DNA from: a virus | IMG/VR virus record: IMGVR_UViG_3300020048_000062 | Span: 1 to 64,000 of that record | Length of the DNA: 64,000 bases | Direction: 5' to 3' (one strand) | In this document: positions 17,025 through 26,744 of the stretch, piece by piece | Layout: each line of letters starts with the position of its first letter | Position numbering within the stretch: the first letter of the stretch is position 1 | Position numbers and translations under genes: made by a program | The notes under the pieces: generated by a model | Database searches by the model: none | What the model was told of the DNA's origin: nothing | Seen by the model: only the letters and a program-made list of their open reading frames with translations

Positions 17025-20000
17025 TTACTTAAAGAATTTTGGCATAGCCACTTTTAAATATGGTGCAGGGTCAACTGCCACTCCATTGACAATATATTCA
17101 AAATGTAAGTGATTTCCACCATTTCTTCCTCTACTTCTTCCTTCATGTCCACAAAATCCAACTACTTTACCTGCTGCCACATGTATGCCATTATCTGTTT
17201 TGGGGTCGAATGCGAAACGAACCATGTGACCGTATTTGGTTTGTGTCCCATCATCGTGTTCAATTGTCAATAATGTTCCATATCCCTGTGAAGGAACTTT
17301 CATTATAATCTTACCAGCTTTCGCTGCCCAAATCGGTGTTCCCAATGGTGCAGCAAAGTCAATCCCACCATGACTTGGACGTTCAGATGGACGAAAGCGT
17401 GTTGTTACTGTCGTAACATTCGAGTCGATTGGTGCATCTAATTGTGTTTTCAACAACGCAACAATCGCTGGTGCAATACCAGAATAATTTCTATTAACTA
17501 AATTTGGATTAGGTGAGTTGGATGGAGTAAATCCTGCATTAACATTGTTATTGTATGCATCAGCTGCGCCTGTAACATATTCACCAATACTACTTCCATC
17601 AAATCCCATGACAGCAACTGAACTTAAAACTCTTGGCACGGGGTATTTCAGAATCTTAGTACCAGTAAACGAAGTTGTCATTTTATTAGCAGTAAGGTCG
17701 TGTTCGACAGATAAAATTAAGTATGCACCATTATATAATGGTATATTATCTAATTGAAAATATTGAGTGGGTTGTATCATAGCGTTTCCCAAACCTGTTA
17801 CAGTTGCACTATATGCACGATTTTCATAAAGATTGTATAAGTTCTGTGCCTTTTGAACTGGTGCATTTGTTTTTTCATCACCAGCCATCCTTGCAAGAAT
17901 TTGAATTGATTCATTTGTCTCTGGAAATTCTTTGCTATCTATTTTTATGTTGGTAAACATTGATTGATTCTGCTGACCAAATTTCACATTAAATGCTTTT
18001 ACCGATTTCCAAGGAAAGTTGGGATATGCACCATATTGAACATCACTTGGGTCTAATTCAGGTATATTTAATTCCAACTCCCTAACGTCTGTCATACCAT
18101 CGCTAATAAATCCACTCTTTTGACCATTAATATTACTTGGATAGCTTGAACTACCACCCACATACATACATACAAATGCTTCCATATATTCAGACTCATT
18201 TGAAACATCTATTTGGAAAGTTTCATCCCATGAAGTACGTGTATGATTCATAAAGTTTTGTAATGGAAAGAATAAAAAATGATTTAATGATAATAATTGA
18301 GAGAGCACCGTAAAAATACTAACATCTGGATTATCAAGCAAATTAATTAATATTTCGGGATTAATGATTGTATTACCAATTGGATTCATAGTTCTATCTA
18401 CAAACACAAAATTATCTATTAAATGTCTACCTGCTCGATTATAAGGATATCCAGTTATGTTTCTATTTGGACTCGTCATCCACTTATCATTAATATTTTT
18501 AAACGAATAGTACATTTGTGAAACAATATCCTTATCACCCAATGCTTTTATTTGTTCAACTTTTTCATTTTCCCTTGTTTTTTTCAAATCGCCAATTAAC
18601 CTAAATAATTCCTTTAGAAATGAAATGAAAAATTCGTCAGCACATTTCTTCTTAAGCTTATTGGTGTCAGAAACATTCTCAAGATTATTAGTACTAATCA
18701 AAGCCTTCAATGTTCTATACTGAGTATCATTAAAAAATGGTTTTAGTTTAAATGTGTTTTCAGAATAAATTACCAAATATTGTTTATTTAACAATACTTC
18801 AAATATATAGCCAAAATACCCACCTTGATTAAATAAGTCCTTAAACGCCACCAACCTTGCGTCAGCAGTTGGGAGATTTTGATCAATTACTAAGTCATAT
18901 ACATATTTAAGTCTATCTCGCATTGTGATGAAAGAGGCTGTATATATAAAGTCTTCAAATGTGATTACGAAAAATTCTTTATCTATTGCAGATAAATTAT
19001 TAATCACATCGTAATAATCTGCAAATACATATAATCCACCATCATTAAACACATTTAATCCAGATGTGGGTGACGCTGGTAGATATTTTTCGAAAAACGC
19101 TTCCAATCGTCCTAACATATTATTTTCCTTTGCGTAAATCAAACCACCAATGTATGCTGCGAGATAACTAGGTACTTCAACAACAGATGGTGTTTGACAA
19201 AGAAGCGGACCTATTTTACTTGGTACACCATTAAAGGGACTCATAGTTTTACCAAAGTTTGCTAATAGTATCATTGCAACAAATTCATAATCATTATTAC
19301 TTGGATCATTGAGTGCTGGCTTTAATCCCATATTAATAATATCAGTTCCTAATCCAATATTATGAGCAAATGCATTTGACCAAATAGACGTAATGTCTAC
19401 CATATGTTTTAATGGTGTATCGTCTGCTGCCCAATCAGTCAACCAGCTATTACTACCATGTTTATTAATTAACTCTTGATTACCACCAGCAAGTGCATCA
19501 TCTTTACTAACCTGCCAAACATCAAGTTGTTTTTTATTCATCCCTTGAATACCATTCTCTATTATCGCAAATCTTGTATTTGTATTAGAACTACCTTCAA
19601 CTCTATCTGCAACAAATATAACATTTTCGTTAGTGACAGCAAGTGATGTAAGCGGAATTAATTTATGATTATATATTATGTTATACCAATGTAATTGCAC
19701 ATCCTGTGCAAATACTTCAAGTATTTTAGTACCATCTTTTTCCAATGTTTGTACACCCATACCGTCTTTACTTGTAAGCACAGTACATCCACTATATTCA
19801 ATATCTCCTTTATTGATATATACACCATTTATTACCGTTCTACCTCCGCTACTGTAGCTCGGTACATCCCTACCATCAATATCTTTATAAAATGAATCAA
19901 TATTTCCAGATTTCTCATTTACCTGTATTTCAATTGCTTTAATAAGTTCATCATTATTTAATGTTAATGAAATATTCATTGCTTCTGACTTACTATATAA

Positions 20001-21887
20001 ATTACGATATGCAATACCTAAAGCACCATCATCAATAAAATCACTAGGTATTGCAAATTGAGATAATACATAATATCTATCTAACAAAACATTTACAATT
20101 TCATGCCAACTACTTTTCCCTTGATATGGTGAATCAACCAAATCTGGATTAACAGATGACGAATCAATTGGGGATATTGGAATCCAAAGATTGACGTTAT
20201 TTTCATCCTTCTGTTCACGTATTTCAAATGCTTTGATTATTTGTTTTTGCCTTTGGAAAGTATTAATAAAGTCATACACCAATTCCATTTCAGGCATCGG
20301 GTCTGAACTCAATTGGTTATTTAGCTGGATTGGTGCAATTCTTGCGCCATTCTCAATTACCAATGGATAAGAGAATATTTTATCAACAAAATCAGATTTA
20401 CTTCCACCAATGTAATCTGCAATTATTTTTTTATTTTTCTCGTGATGCACTTCTGCATCAAGTGAAGTAGACCTCATTGCATCAAAAAACATATCGACAT
20501 CATCCAATATCAACTTAAAGACATTATATATTGTTGGTGACATTCCAAGATGTTGTTCAATAGCATTATTTACGGTTATCGCAATATCTTGTGATAAAAC
20601 TTTTTGTTCATTAATTAAACTTGTTTGATTTTTATATATATTTATATAGTATTCTGTAATATCAAGAGCCACATAACCAACTGGAACTGCACTTAAACGT
20701 GCAGGAATTTGGCTAATATCGGTATTATTTGAGATTCTAACCCTTACAGCCTTATCATTTAACTTACTTTTATTATATGCATCCAATGCATTTATAAGCA
20801 TTGATTCAGCTAAATTAGTACCCCATTGACCATCAGCCACAGTTGTTGACACGTATCCAATATATAGTCTATTAGTAACCTCAAGAGGCTTAAAATCATT
20901 TCCTAAATCTATAATCGTTGAATTATATTCAGATAAACTTGATAGTCTCAACATCGGTCTAATATTCACATCAACATTACTCGGCATATCTGTTTCTATT
21001 GATTCATCAACAGTAAACATAAATGGTACACCTACATTGTTAGTAGTGAATTGGGTTGCAAAACTATCTAACATCTTAATTTCATCACCACTTTGTAAAA
21101 GTAGTTTCATATTATTATCATACTTTGTAGTATCCGAATTGGTTTGAGCATCTTTATTTAACGCAGTATATAAACTCTTAAGTTTCAATATAAATTGAAA
21201 TGTATGGTTAGGTGCAATAGTTGGGTCGGGACTAGCAGTTGCACCATTGTTAATTAATAATGGTGCATTGACTGCATACCTAAATAATACGTCAGTTAGG
21301 GGTGCAAATGTCATTGCAATAAACTGTGCATCTATTTCAAAATTACCATTTTCAGCCTTAAATTCTGTGGTGTACTTAACTAAATGAATATCATATTTCA
21401 ATGCCCTACCATAATATCCCTTAATTGTTAAAGTAAAGATAGGTGGTGGAAAATCAAAGAAAATCCTATATTTCGAATCTGTTTGATTAAAAAATGACAA
21501 TCCCCTGATATCTACAAACTTAATGTTTATAACTGGTACATATGATGAATTTATTGTTACTTTAATGTTCGTTATTCCAAATGATTCAAACATTTCACTA
21601 TTTTCACCAACACTCCCATCGTAATAATTACTGGTGAAGTTCAAATAGTTTGGGTCACCATTTTTATCGTTTTGATTGTTGCCGATGAAATTAACAGTTA
21701 CTTCTTTATCGTTGGAACTACCTTCATTAACTGTAAGTACAGTTCTGCCCTTTCTCTTTGCTGTTAATTCAGCAAATATGTGCATGTCTTGATATTGAGC
21801 AACTGCATTTTTCATGTCAGTGTTAATATTCACATCATTTGGGTCAATAAGTTGAACTGTTGTCGTTCCAGCATTAGCATTTGCCAT
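17025..21887 (-). CDS. Large baseplate hub-like protein with C-terminal M23 peptidase
   Basis: C-terminal HGGIDFAAPLGTPIWA...YGHM...HLHFE (M23). YSATVTGLGNAMIQPTQYF...GAYLILSVEH resembles a hub/late-control-D C-terminus; late motif at 21903-21910. Confidence 0.75.
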   Translation of the reverse strand: MANANAGTTTVQLIDPNDVNINTDMKNAVAQYQDMHIFAELTAKRKGRTVLTVNEGSSNDKEVTVNFIGNNQNDKNGDPNYLNFTSNYYDGSVGENSEMFESFGITNIKVTINSSYVPVINIKFVDIRGLSFFNQTDSKYRIFFDFPPPIFTLTIKGYYGRALKYDIHLVKYTTEFKAENGNFEIDAQFIAMTFAPLTDVLFRYAVNAPLLINNGATASPDPTIAPNHTFQFILKLKSLYTALNKDAQTNSDTTKYDNNMKLLLQSGDEIKMLDSFATQFTTNNVGVPFMFTVDESIETDMPSNVDVNIRPMLRLSSLSEYNSTIIDLGNDFKPLEVTNRLYIGYVSTTVADGQWGTNLAESMLINALDAYNKSKLNDKAVRVRISNNTDISQIPARLSAVPVGYVALDITEYYINIYKNQTSLINEQKVLSQDIAITVNNAIEQHLGMSPTIYNVFKLILDDVDMFFDAMRSTSLDAEVHHEKNKKIIADYIGGSKSDFVDKIFSYPLVIENGARIAPIQLNNQLSSDPMPEMELVYDFINTFQRQKQIIKAFEIREQKDENNVNLWIPISPIDSSSVNPDLVDSPYQGKSSWHEIVNVLLDRYYVLSQFAIPSDFIDDGALGIAYRNLYSKSEAMNISLTLNNDELIKAIEIQVNEKSGNIDSFYKDIDGRDVPSYSSGGRTVINGVYINKGDIEYSGCTVLTSKDGMGVQTLEKDGTKILEVFAQDVQLHWYNIIYNHKLIPLTSLAVTNENVIFVADRVEGSSNTNTRFAIIENGIQGMNKKQLDVWQVSKDDALAGGNQELINKHGSNSWLTDWAADDTPLKHMVDITSIWSNAFAHNIGLGTDIINMGLKPALNDPSNNDYEFVAMILLANFGKTMSPFNGVPSKIGPLLCQTPSVVEVPSYLAAYIGGLIYAKENNMLGRLEAFFEKYLPASPTSGLNVFNDGGLYVFADYYDVINNLSAIDKEFFVITFEDFIYTASFITMRDRLKYVYDLVIDQNLPTADARLVAFKDLFNQGGYFGYIFEVLLNKQYLVIYSENTFKLKPFFNDTQYRTLKALISTNNLENVSDTNKLKKKCADEFFISFLKELFRLIGDLKKTRENEKVEQIKALGDKDIVSQMYYSFKNINDKWMTSPNRNITGYPYNRAGRHLIDNFVFVDRTMNPIGNTIINPEILINLLDNPDVSIFTVLSQLLSLNHFLFFPLQNFMNHTRTSWDETFQIDVSNESEYMEAFVCMYVGGSSSYPSNINGQKSGFISDGMTDVRELELNIPELDPSDVQYGAYPNFPWKSVKAFNVKFGQQNQSMFTNIKIDSKEFPETNESIQILARMAGDEKTNAPVQKAQNLYNLYENRAYSATVTGLGNAMIQPTQYFQLDNIPLYNGAYLILSVEHDLTANKMTTSFTGTKILKYPVPRVLSSVAVMGFDGSSIGEYVTGAADAYNNNVNAGFTPSNSPNPNLVNRNYSGIAPAIVALLKTQLDAPIDSNVTTVTTRFRPSERPSHGGIDFAAPLGTPIWAAKAGKIIMKVPSQGYGTLLTIEHDDGTQTKYGHMVRFAFDPKTDNGIHVAAGKVVGFCGHEGRSRGRNGGNHLHFEYIVNGVAVDPAPYLKVAMPKFFK

Positions 21888-21985
21888 GTCATTAATTTTA
21901 TTATAAATACGAAATTTTTAAAAACCTTAAAGGTAATCAATTTCTTGGATATTTGAAACTATTTATATAAAAAAACAAAAGAATT

Positions 21986-22393
21986 ATGATGGAAGCGCAG
22001 TTGGGATTTCATAGCGTAGTATGGTATTATAACATATTTTTTTATCTGTTTATAGCTGAGCTAATCTTTACAACCGTAATGGGTTTAATTTATAGCAAAC
22101 GTTTCCGTTTAAGTAAATCGGAGAGTAAATTAATGCAACAACAGCACACAGCAAAGATAGATAATATTAGAAAAGACCATTCTGATACGCTTGAGAAGAT
22201 AAGGATGGAAATGTTAAAACGTGAAGAAGAAAGAGGTCGCCAATGGATGGAATCTGAAAGAGAAACATTACATGTTTTAGGTGGTGTATCTAATTTATTG
22301 GACTTAAGTGAAAAATTCAATCGAGTTGAATCAGATAAGATTATTAAAATACTTCTTGAGCTTCAAGAAAAAATCGAGAAAAAATTACAGTAA
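21986..22393 (+). CDS. Membrane protein (N-terminal TM + coiled coil), possible lysis/holin-like
   Basis: Hydrophobic IFFYLFIAELIFTTVMGLIY followed by a charged coiled coil; CTATTTAT at 21959. Confidence 0.5.
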   Translation: MMEAQLGFHSVVWYYNIFFYLFIAELIFTTVMGLIYSKRFRLSKSESKLMQQQHTAKIDNIRKDHSDTLEKIRMEMLKREEERGRQWMESERETLHVLGGVSNLLDLSEKFNRVESDKIIKILLELQEKIEKKLQ

Positions 22394-22413
22394 TTAAGTA
22401 GCATTTTAGTTTC

Positions 22414-22557
22414 ATGTCAAAAAAAATGGAAAAGCTTAAGGAGATAAACAGGTTGCTTGACGAAGTTTTAGCGAGCTTAGAAACCAGAATATTTATCGAA
22501 AGCGTGGTTGAAGTTAAAGATAACAAGGGAAGTATTGCTCTTGTTGGATTAAAATAG
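22414..22557 (+). CDS. Small hypothetical protein (47 aa)
   Basis: Read by hand: MSKKMEKLKEINRLLDEVLASLETRIFIESVVEVKDNKGSIALVGLK. Confidence 0.5.
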   Translation: MSKKMEKLKEINRLLDEVLASLETRIFIESVVEVKDNKGSIALVGLK

Positions 22558-22589
22558 TAAACAAAACTATTTATATAAAAAGAATTAAT

Positions 22590-23291
22590 ATGAGCAAAAT
22601 ATTACAAGCTGGTGAAAATGGGTTCGGTATATTAATCGAACACGATGCAGGGTATCTAAACAGCGATTTAAATCCAATGTTTATTAATGAAGCGTTTGAG
22701 CTTAAACCAAATGAGCCTGTTTTAGTTAACTGTATTTTACAGAAGTGGGGTGTAAAGAATAAAAATGGACGTATCTATCCAAAAGACGTTTTAGTTCCAC
22801 AGGTTGCAGCATATCAGCTATTAGTTGACTCCAATAGTGCAGTATCGGAAGCCGATCATCCAGACAGTAGTATAATTTCCTTACAGAATATTTCACACAT
22901 GGTTACTAAAATGTGGTGGGGTAAAGGTGAACAAGAAAACGTTTTATATGGACAGCTAAAAATAATTGTAAGTCAAGGTTATATTAAATATGGTGTAGTT
23001 TCAGTAGTGGGTGACAAGATTGTTCTCTACATGCAAAACAAAATAAGATTAGGTATTTCATCACGTGGTGTTGGTACATTGAAAGAAATCCAAGGTGAAA
23101 ATCTTGTTCAAAATGACTTCGAACTAATTGGTTTTGACTTGGTTAGCACACCAAGCACCCCCGGTGGTTATTTGTTTCCTGACCAAAAAGGTGACACTTC
23201 TTTTGGTGAAAGTTACGTACAAAAGAACGGAATTTTCTTAAAAGAAGAGGAAAATAAGATTATCTCAGCTACTAATAGGTTTCTATTGTAA
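22590..23291 (+). CDS. Prohead core protease (T4 gp21-like)
   Basis: KNKNGRIYP, EADHP, ISH, LGISSRGVG, FDLVSTPS. Confidence 0.93.
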   Translation: MSKILQAGENGFGILIEHDAGYLNSDLNPMFINEAFELKPNEPVLVNCILQKWGVKNKNGRIYPKDVLVPQVAAYQLLVDSNSAVSEADHPDSSIISLQNISHMVTKMWWGKGEQENVLYGQLKIIVSQGYIKYGVVSVVGDKIVLYMQNKIRLGISSRGVGTLKEIQGENLVQNDFELIGFDLVSTPSTPGGYLFPDQKGDTSFGESYVQKNGIFLKEEENKIISATNRFLL

Positions 23292-23411
23292 GGCTGTCAA
23301 TATAAACATAATTAACGAAAGAGGCAACAATTTTATAAAAAATAATGCTTTTTGCTAAAAATTATGTATTTATATAAAAATTATAGTAGTTAATACCATA
23401 TTTTTAATACC

Positions 23412-24938
23412 ATGAAAGACGAAAAAAAATCATCAATAATAAAAGAAGCTTTAATTGACTACAATACAATTGCGGAAGCTGCTGCTGATAATGCTAAAAA
23501 AAGATTAGCAACAGAGTTTCCAAATAGCTTTACGAAATTGTTGAAAGAAGAATTAAATAATAAAAAAGCAAAAGAGTCATACAAGAAAATTGACGATGCT
23601 CAAGAATCTGATAAGGATAAGACTAAATTAAACAAAGAATCTGATATGAAGAATCAAGTTAAAGAGACCGTAACGGTTACAAACACAGTTGGAAAAGGTG
23701 AACCCTTCGACCAAAAAGCCAAAAAAGTACAGGAAGACGTAAAAGTTACCAATACTGTTGGCAAAGCAGACCCTTTCACTGAAAAGAAAAAAGGTGCTGT
23801 AAAGATTGAAGAAGAACGTGAAAAGGAATTTATGGCTGACGTTGAGAGTGATACTCCCAACCAAGGTAAAGGCGAACTTGCAAAAGGTGTTGCCTTCAAA
23901 GAAAAAATTAAAGCTCCTACAAGCGGAACACCAATGACTAACTTAAAAGAGACTTTTGACTTATCAGGACTTGATATGGGAAGCGTTGAAGAAGGATTGG
24001 ATAATGCAGGCGAAGACGACATGATTTCGATTGACGAAATCGAACAGGAAATCGCTAACATGGAAGGAAGTATGCAAGAAGAAATCGGTGGAATGACTGG
24101 TTTACCACAAGATAAAGCCGCTGGCTCACCAGCAGGTCAAGGTGGAGACGCTTTCAACCAGAAACTTATTGCCATGAGAAATGAACTTGATGAAATGATT
24201 AAGGGCGTAACTGGTGGTAGTTCAGAAGAAGAAGCATATCCAGAAGTAGAAGCTCAACCAGAAAGTTCACTATACGAAGACGAAAACATCACTGACGATG
24301 ACATTAATAATGTCTTAGGTGGTGGTTCAGAAGCTCCTGTAGATGAACAATTAGGTGTGTCACACGCAACCAACAGGAACATGACAGCTTCATTACCGGG
24401 GAACGATTATGTTAGTCCTCAGCAACTTAGCAGGAGACGTGAAGGTTTGCAAGAAGGTATTAAGATTGGTAGTTTAATTGAAGAAAACAAGAAATTGACT
24501 AAGAAATTAAACGAAGATAAGAAATACAAACAGTCTGTATCAACTTTAGTTGAACAGTACAAATCTGCACTCGAAAAGTATCGCAATCAATTGAAAGAAA
24601 TGGCAGTATTTAATACTAATTTGGCTCACGTTAATAATTTATTGGTAAACGAAAGCTTGGCATTAACTCAAGACGACAAAATTAAAATTATCAATGGTTT
24701 TAAAACCGTTGGTAGCATATCTGAATCACAAGAAAAGTACACTTCGCTACTTACTGAAATGAAAGGCGCAAAGAAAACTATTAGTGAAAGCATTGTGGAC
24801 AAAGTTACAACCTCTGTACAGCCATCCTCAAAGCAGAAACTTGATGAAGTTGTGGAAAAAACAGCCTATGCAAATAATAGCCACATTCAAAGAATGAAAG
24901 ACGTTATTAATTTGATAGAAAAAAGAGGAAAAAAATAA
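23412..24938 (+). CDS. Prohead scaffold/core protein (gp22-like position)
   Basis: Acidic coiled coil between protease and MCP; many L/I-x-E sites. Confidence 0.75.
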   Translation: MKDEKKSSIIKEALIDYNTIAEAAADNAKKRLATEFPNSFTKLLKEELNNKKAKESYKKIDDAQESDKDKTKLNKESDMKNQVKETVTVTNTVGKGEPFDQKAKKVQEDVKVTNTVGKADPFTEKKKGAVKIEEEREKEFMADVESDTPNQGKGELAKGVAFKEKIKAPTSGTPMTNLKETFDLSGLDMGSVEEGLDNAGEDDMISIDEIEQEIANMEGSMQEEIGGMTGLPQDKAAGSPAGQGGDAFNQKLIAMRNELDEMIKGVTGGSSEEEAYPEVEAQPESSLYEDENITDDDINNVLGGGSEAPVDEQLGVSHATNRNMTASLPGNDYVSPQQLSRRREGLQEGIKIGSLIEENKKLTKKLNEDKKYKQSVSTLVEQYKSALEKYRNQLKEMAVFNTNLAHVNNLLVNESLALTQDDKIKIINGFKTVGSISESQEKYTSLLTEMKGAKKTISESIVDKVTTSVQPSSKQKLDEVVEKTAYANNSHIQRMKDVINLIEKRGKK

Positions 24939-24967
24939 TTAAGTAAAAATTTAAAACATTCAAGAAA

Positions 24968-26638
24968 ATGGGATTTTTAATGGAATCAGCCGAAGTTGGT
25001 AATATAGGCTTAAAACAATTACGTGAACAACGTGAAATTACCACTAACCGTTGGGAAAAAATCGGTTTGTTAGAAGGACTTGATGGTAACGTTAAAGAAA
25101 ACTGTGCGCAGTTGTTCGAAAACCAGTTATCACACATGCTTAATGAATCGTCAGATTCATCAAACTCAGGTCAGTTCGAAACTGTAGCATTCCCTGTTAT
25201 CCGTAGGGTATTCGCTAAATTGCTTGCTAATGATATCGTATCAGTACAGGCTCTTAACCTTCCTATTGGAAAGTTATACTACATCAACCCTAAAACATCT
25301 GTAAGGGTAGCTGGAAGTGGTGTTCAAGCTGGCATGGACGTTCATACTTCACCTAACGGTGCTTATGGCAATGCTGCAACAAACGCAAATCCAACACAAT
25401 TCGAAACACGTTCATTGTATGATTCATTTTATGCAACTGAATATGCACAAGAAGGAACATCTTTATTTGACCGTTCAAAAGGACAAATGAGCATAATCAC
25501 TGGCGCAACAACTGGTGCATCTTATACTTATGGCGATAAATTCGTACAGGTAGTTATCCACGGCTTCTTAGTAAGCGATAGCGGAAAATTAGTAGGACCT
25601 GCTGGTGTTCAAATGGATACCGAATCATTCCTTGCTGGTTTAAAAATTAGTTCAACTGTAGATTTAGTAGCACCTGCTGGTTTTACCGACCAAAACGTTA
25701 CTGCTGGTACAGCTTTACCTTTCAACGTAAAGGTTCAGAAATACGGACAAGCAATTGTTGACAAATCAGGTAATATTACACTTGTTGTTGATATTCAGTA
25801 CGCAGGTACTAACGGATACCAACCATTAAGCGCAGTTACCACACCTGCATTCAACTTCGAATACAGAGCTTATAGTGACCTTGAAGAAGACTCACAGATG
25901 GCAGAAGTTACCTTCCAGTTAGACCAAGTAACTGTTTCCGTAGAAACACGTAAAATGCGTGCTATGTGGACTCCTGAACTTGCTCAAGACGTTAGTGCTT
26001 TCCACAACATTGACGCAGAAGCTGAATTAACCGCTTTGTTATCAGAACAAATGGCAGCAGAAATTGACCGTGAAATCCTTCGTGACTTACGTAGGGGTGC
26101 AGCTTGGACAGCACGTTGGGACTATAATGGTCTTCGTAGACAGTCTAACACCTATTACGGAACACAGAAAGACTGGAATCAGACTTTGATTACGAAAATT
26201 AATCAGATTTCAGCACAGATACATAAAGCAACACTTCGTGGTGGTGCAAGTTGGGTAGTTGTATCCCCAGAAGTAAGTGCAGTATTCGATGACCTTGAAT
26301 ATTTCCACGTTAGCAACGCTTCACCTGAACAGGATAAGTATAACATGGGTATTGAAAAAATTGGTACTTTAAGTGGACGTTACCTTGTGTATCGTGACCC
26401 TTACTCACCAGCAAACACAATCCTTATTGGTCATAAAGGAACAAGTATCTTAGAGACCGGTTACATATACGCCCCATACGTTCCAATGCAGTTAACTCCT
26501 GTAATGTATAACCCATTCGATTTCACACCAATACGTGGTATCATGACTCGTTATGCTAAGAAAATGGTACTCAACCGTTACTACGGTAGAATCTATTGCG
26601 ATGGTCTACAGACTTTCGGAATTGGTGACTTACAATAA
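24968..26638 (+). CDS. Major capsid protein (T4 gp23-like)
   Basis: FPVIRRVFAKLLANDIVSVQAL, TRKMRAMWTPELAQD, HNIDAEAEL, GYIYAPYVP, FTPIRGIMTRY. Confidence 0.96.
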   Translation: MGFLMESAEVGNIGLKQLREQREITTNRWEKIGLLEGLDGNVKENCAQLFENQLSHMLNESSDSSNSGQFETVAFPVIRRVFAKLLANDIVSVQALNLPIGKLYYINPKTSVRVAGSGVQAGMDVHTSPNGAYGNAATNANPTQFETRSLYDSFYATEYAQEGTSLFDRSKGQMSIITGATTGASYTYGDKFVQVVIHGFLVSDSGKLVGPAGVQMDTESFLAGLKISSTVDLVAPAGFTDQNVTAGTALPFNVKVQKYGQAIVDKSGNITLVVDIQYAGTNGYQPLSAVTTPAFNFEYRAYSDLEEDSQMAEVTFQLDQVTVSVETRKMRAMWTPELAQDVSAFHNIDAEAELTALLSEQMAAEIDREILRDLRRGAAWTARWDYNGLRRQSNTYYGTQKDWNQTLITKINQISAQIHKATLRGGASWVVVSPEVSAVFDDLEYFHVSNASPEQDKYNMGIEKIGTLSGRYLVYRDPYSPANTILIGHKGTSILETGYIYAPYVPMQLTPVMYNPFDFTPIRGIMTRYAKKMVLNRYYGRIYCDGLQTFGIGDLQ

Positions 26639-26655
26639 TCTTGATTGATATTTTT

Positions 26656-26686
26656 AAAAAGAGTTGGAATTTCCAACTCTTTTTTT
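26656..26686 (+). terminator. Intrinsic terminator after MCP
   Basis: aaaaagagttggaatttccaactctttttt. Confidence 0.9.
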
Positions 26687-26744
26687 TAATTTTGTAGTGC
26701 ATAAATAAATATGTTCCGTATTTATTATAACAAGCAAAATAACC

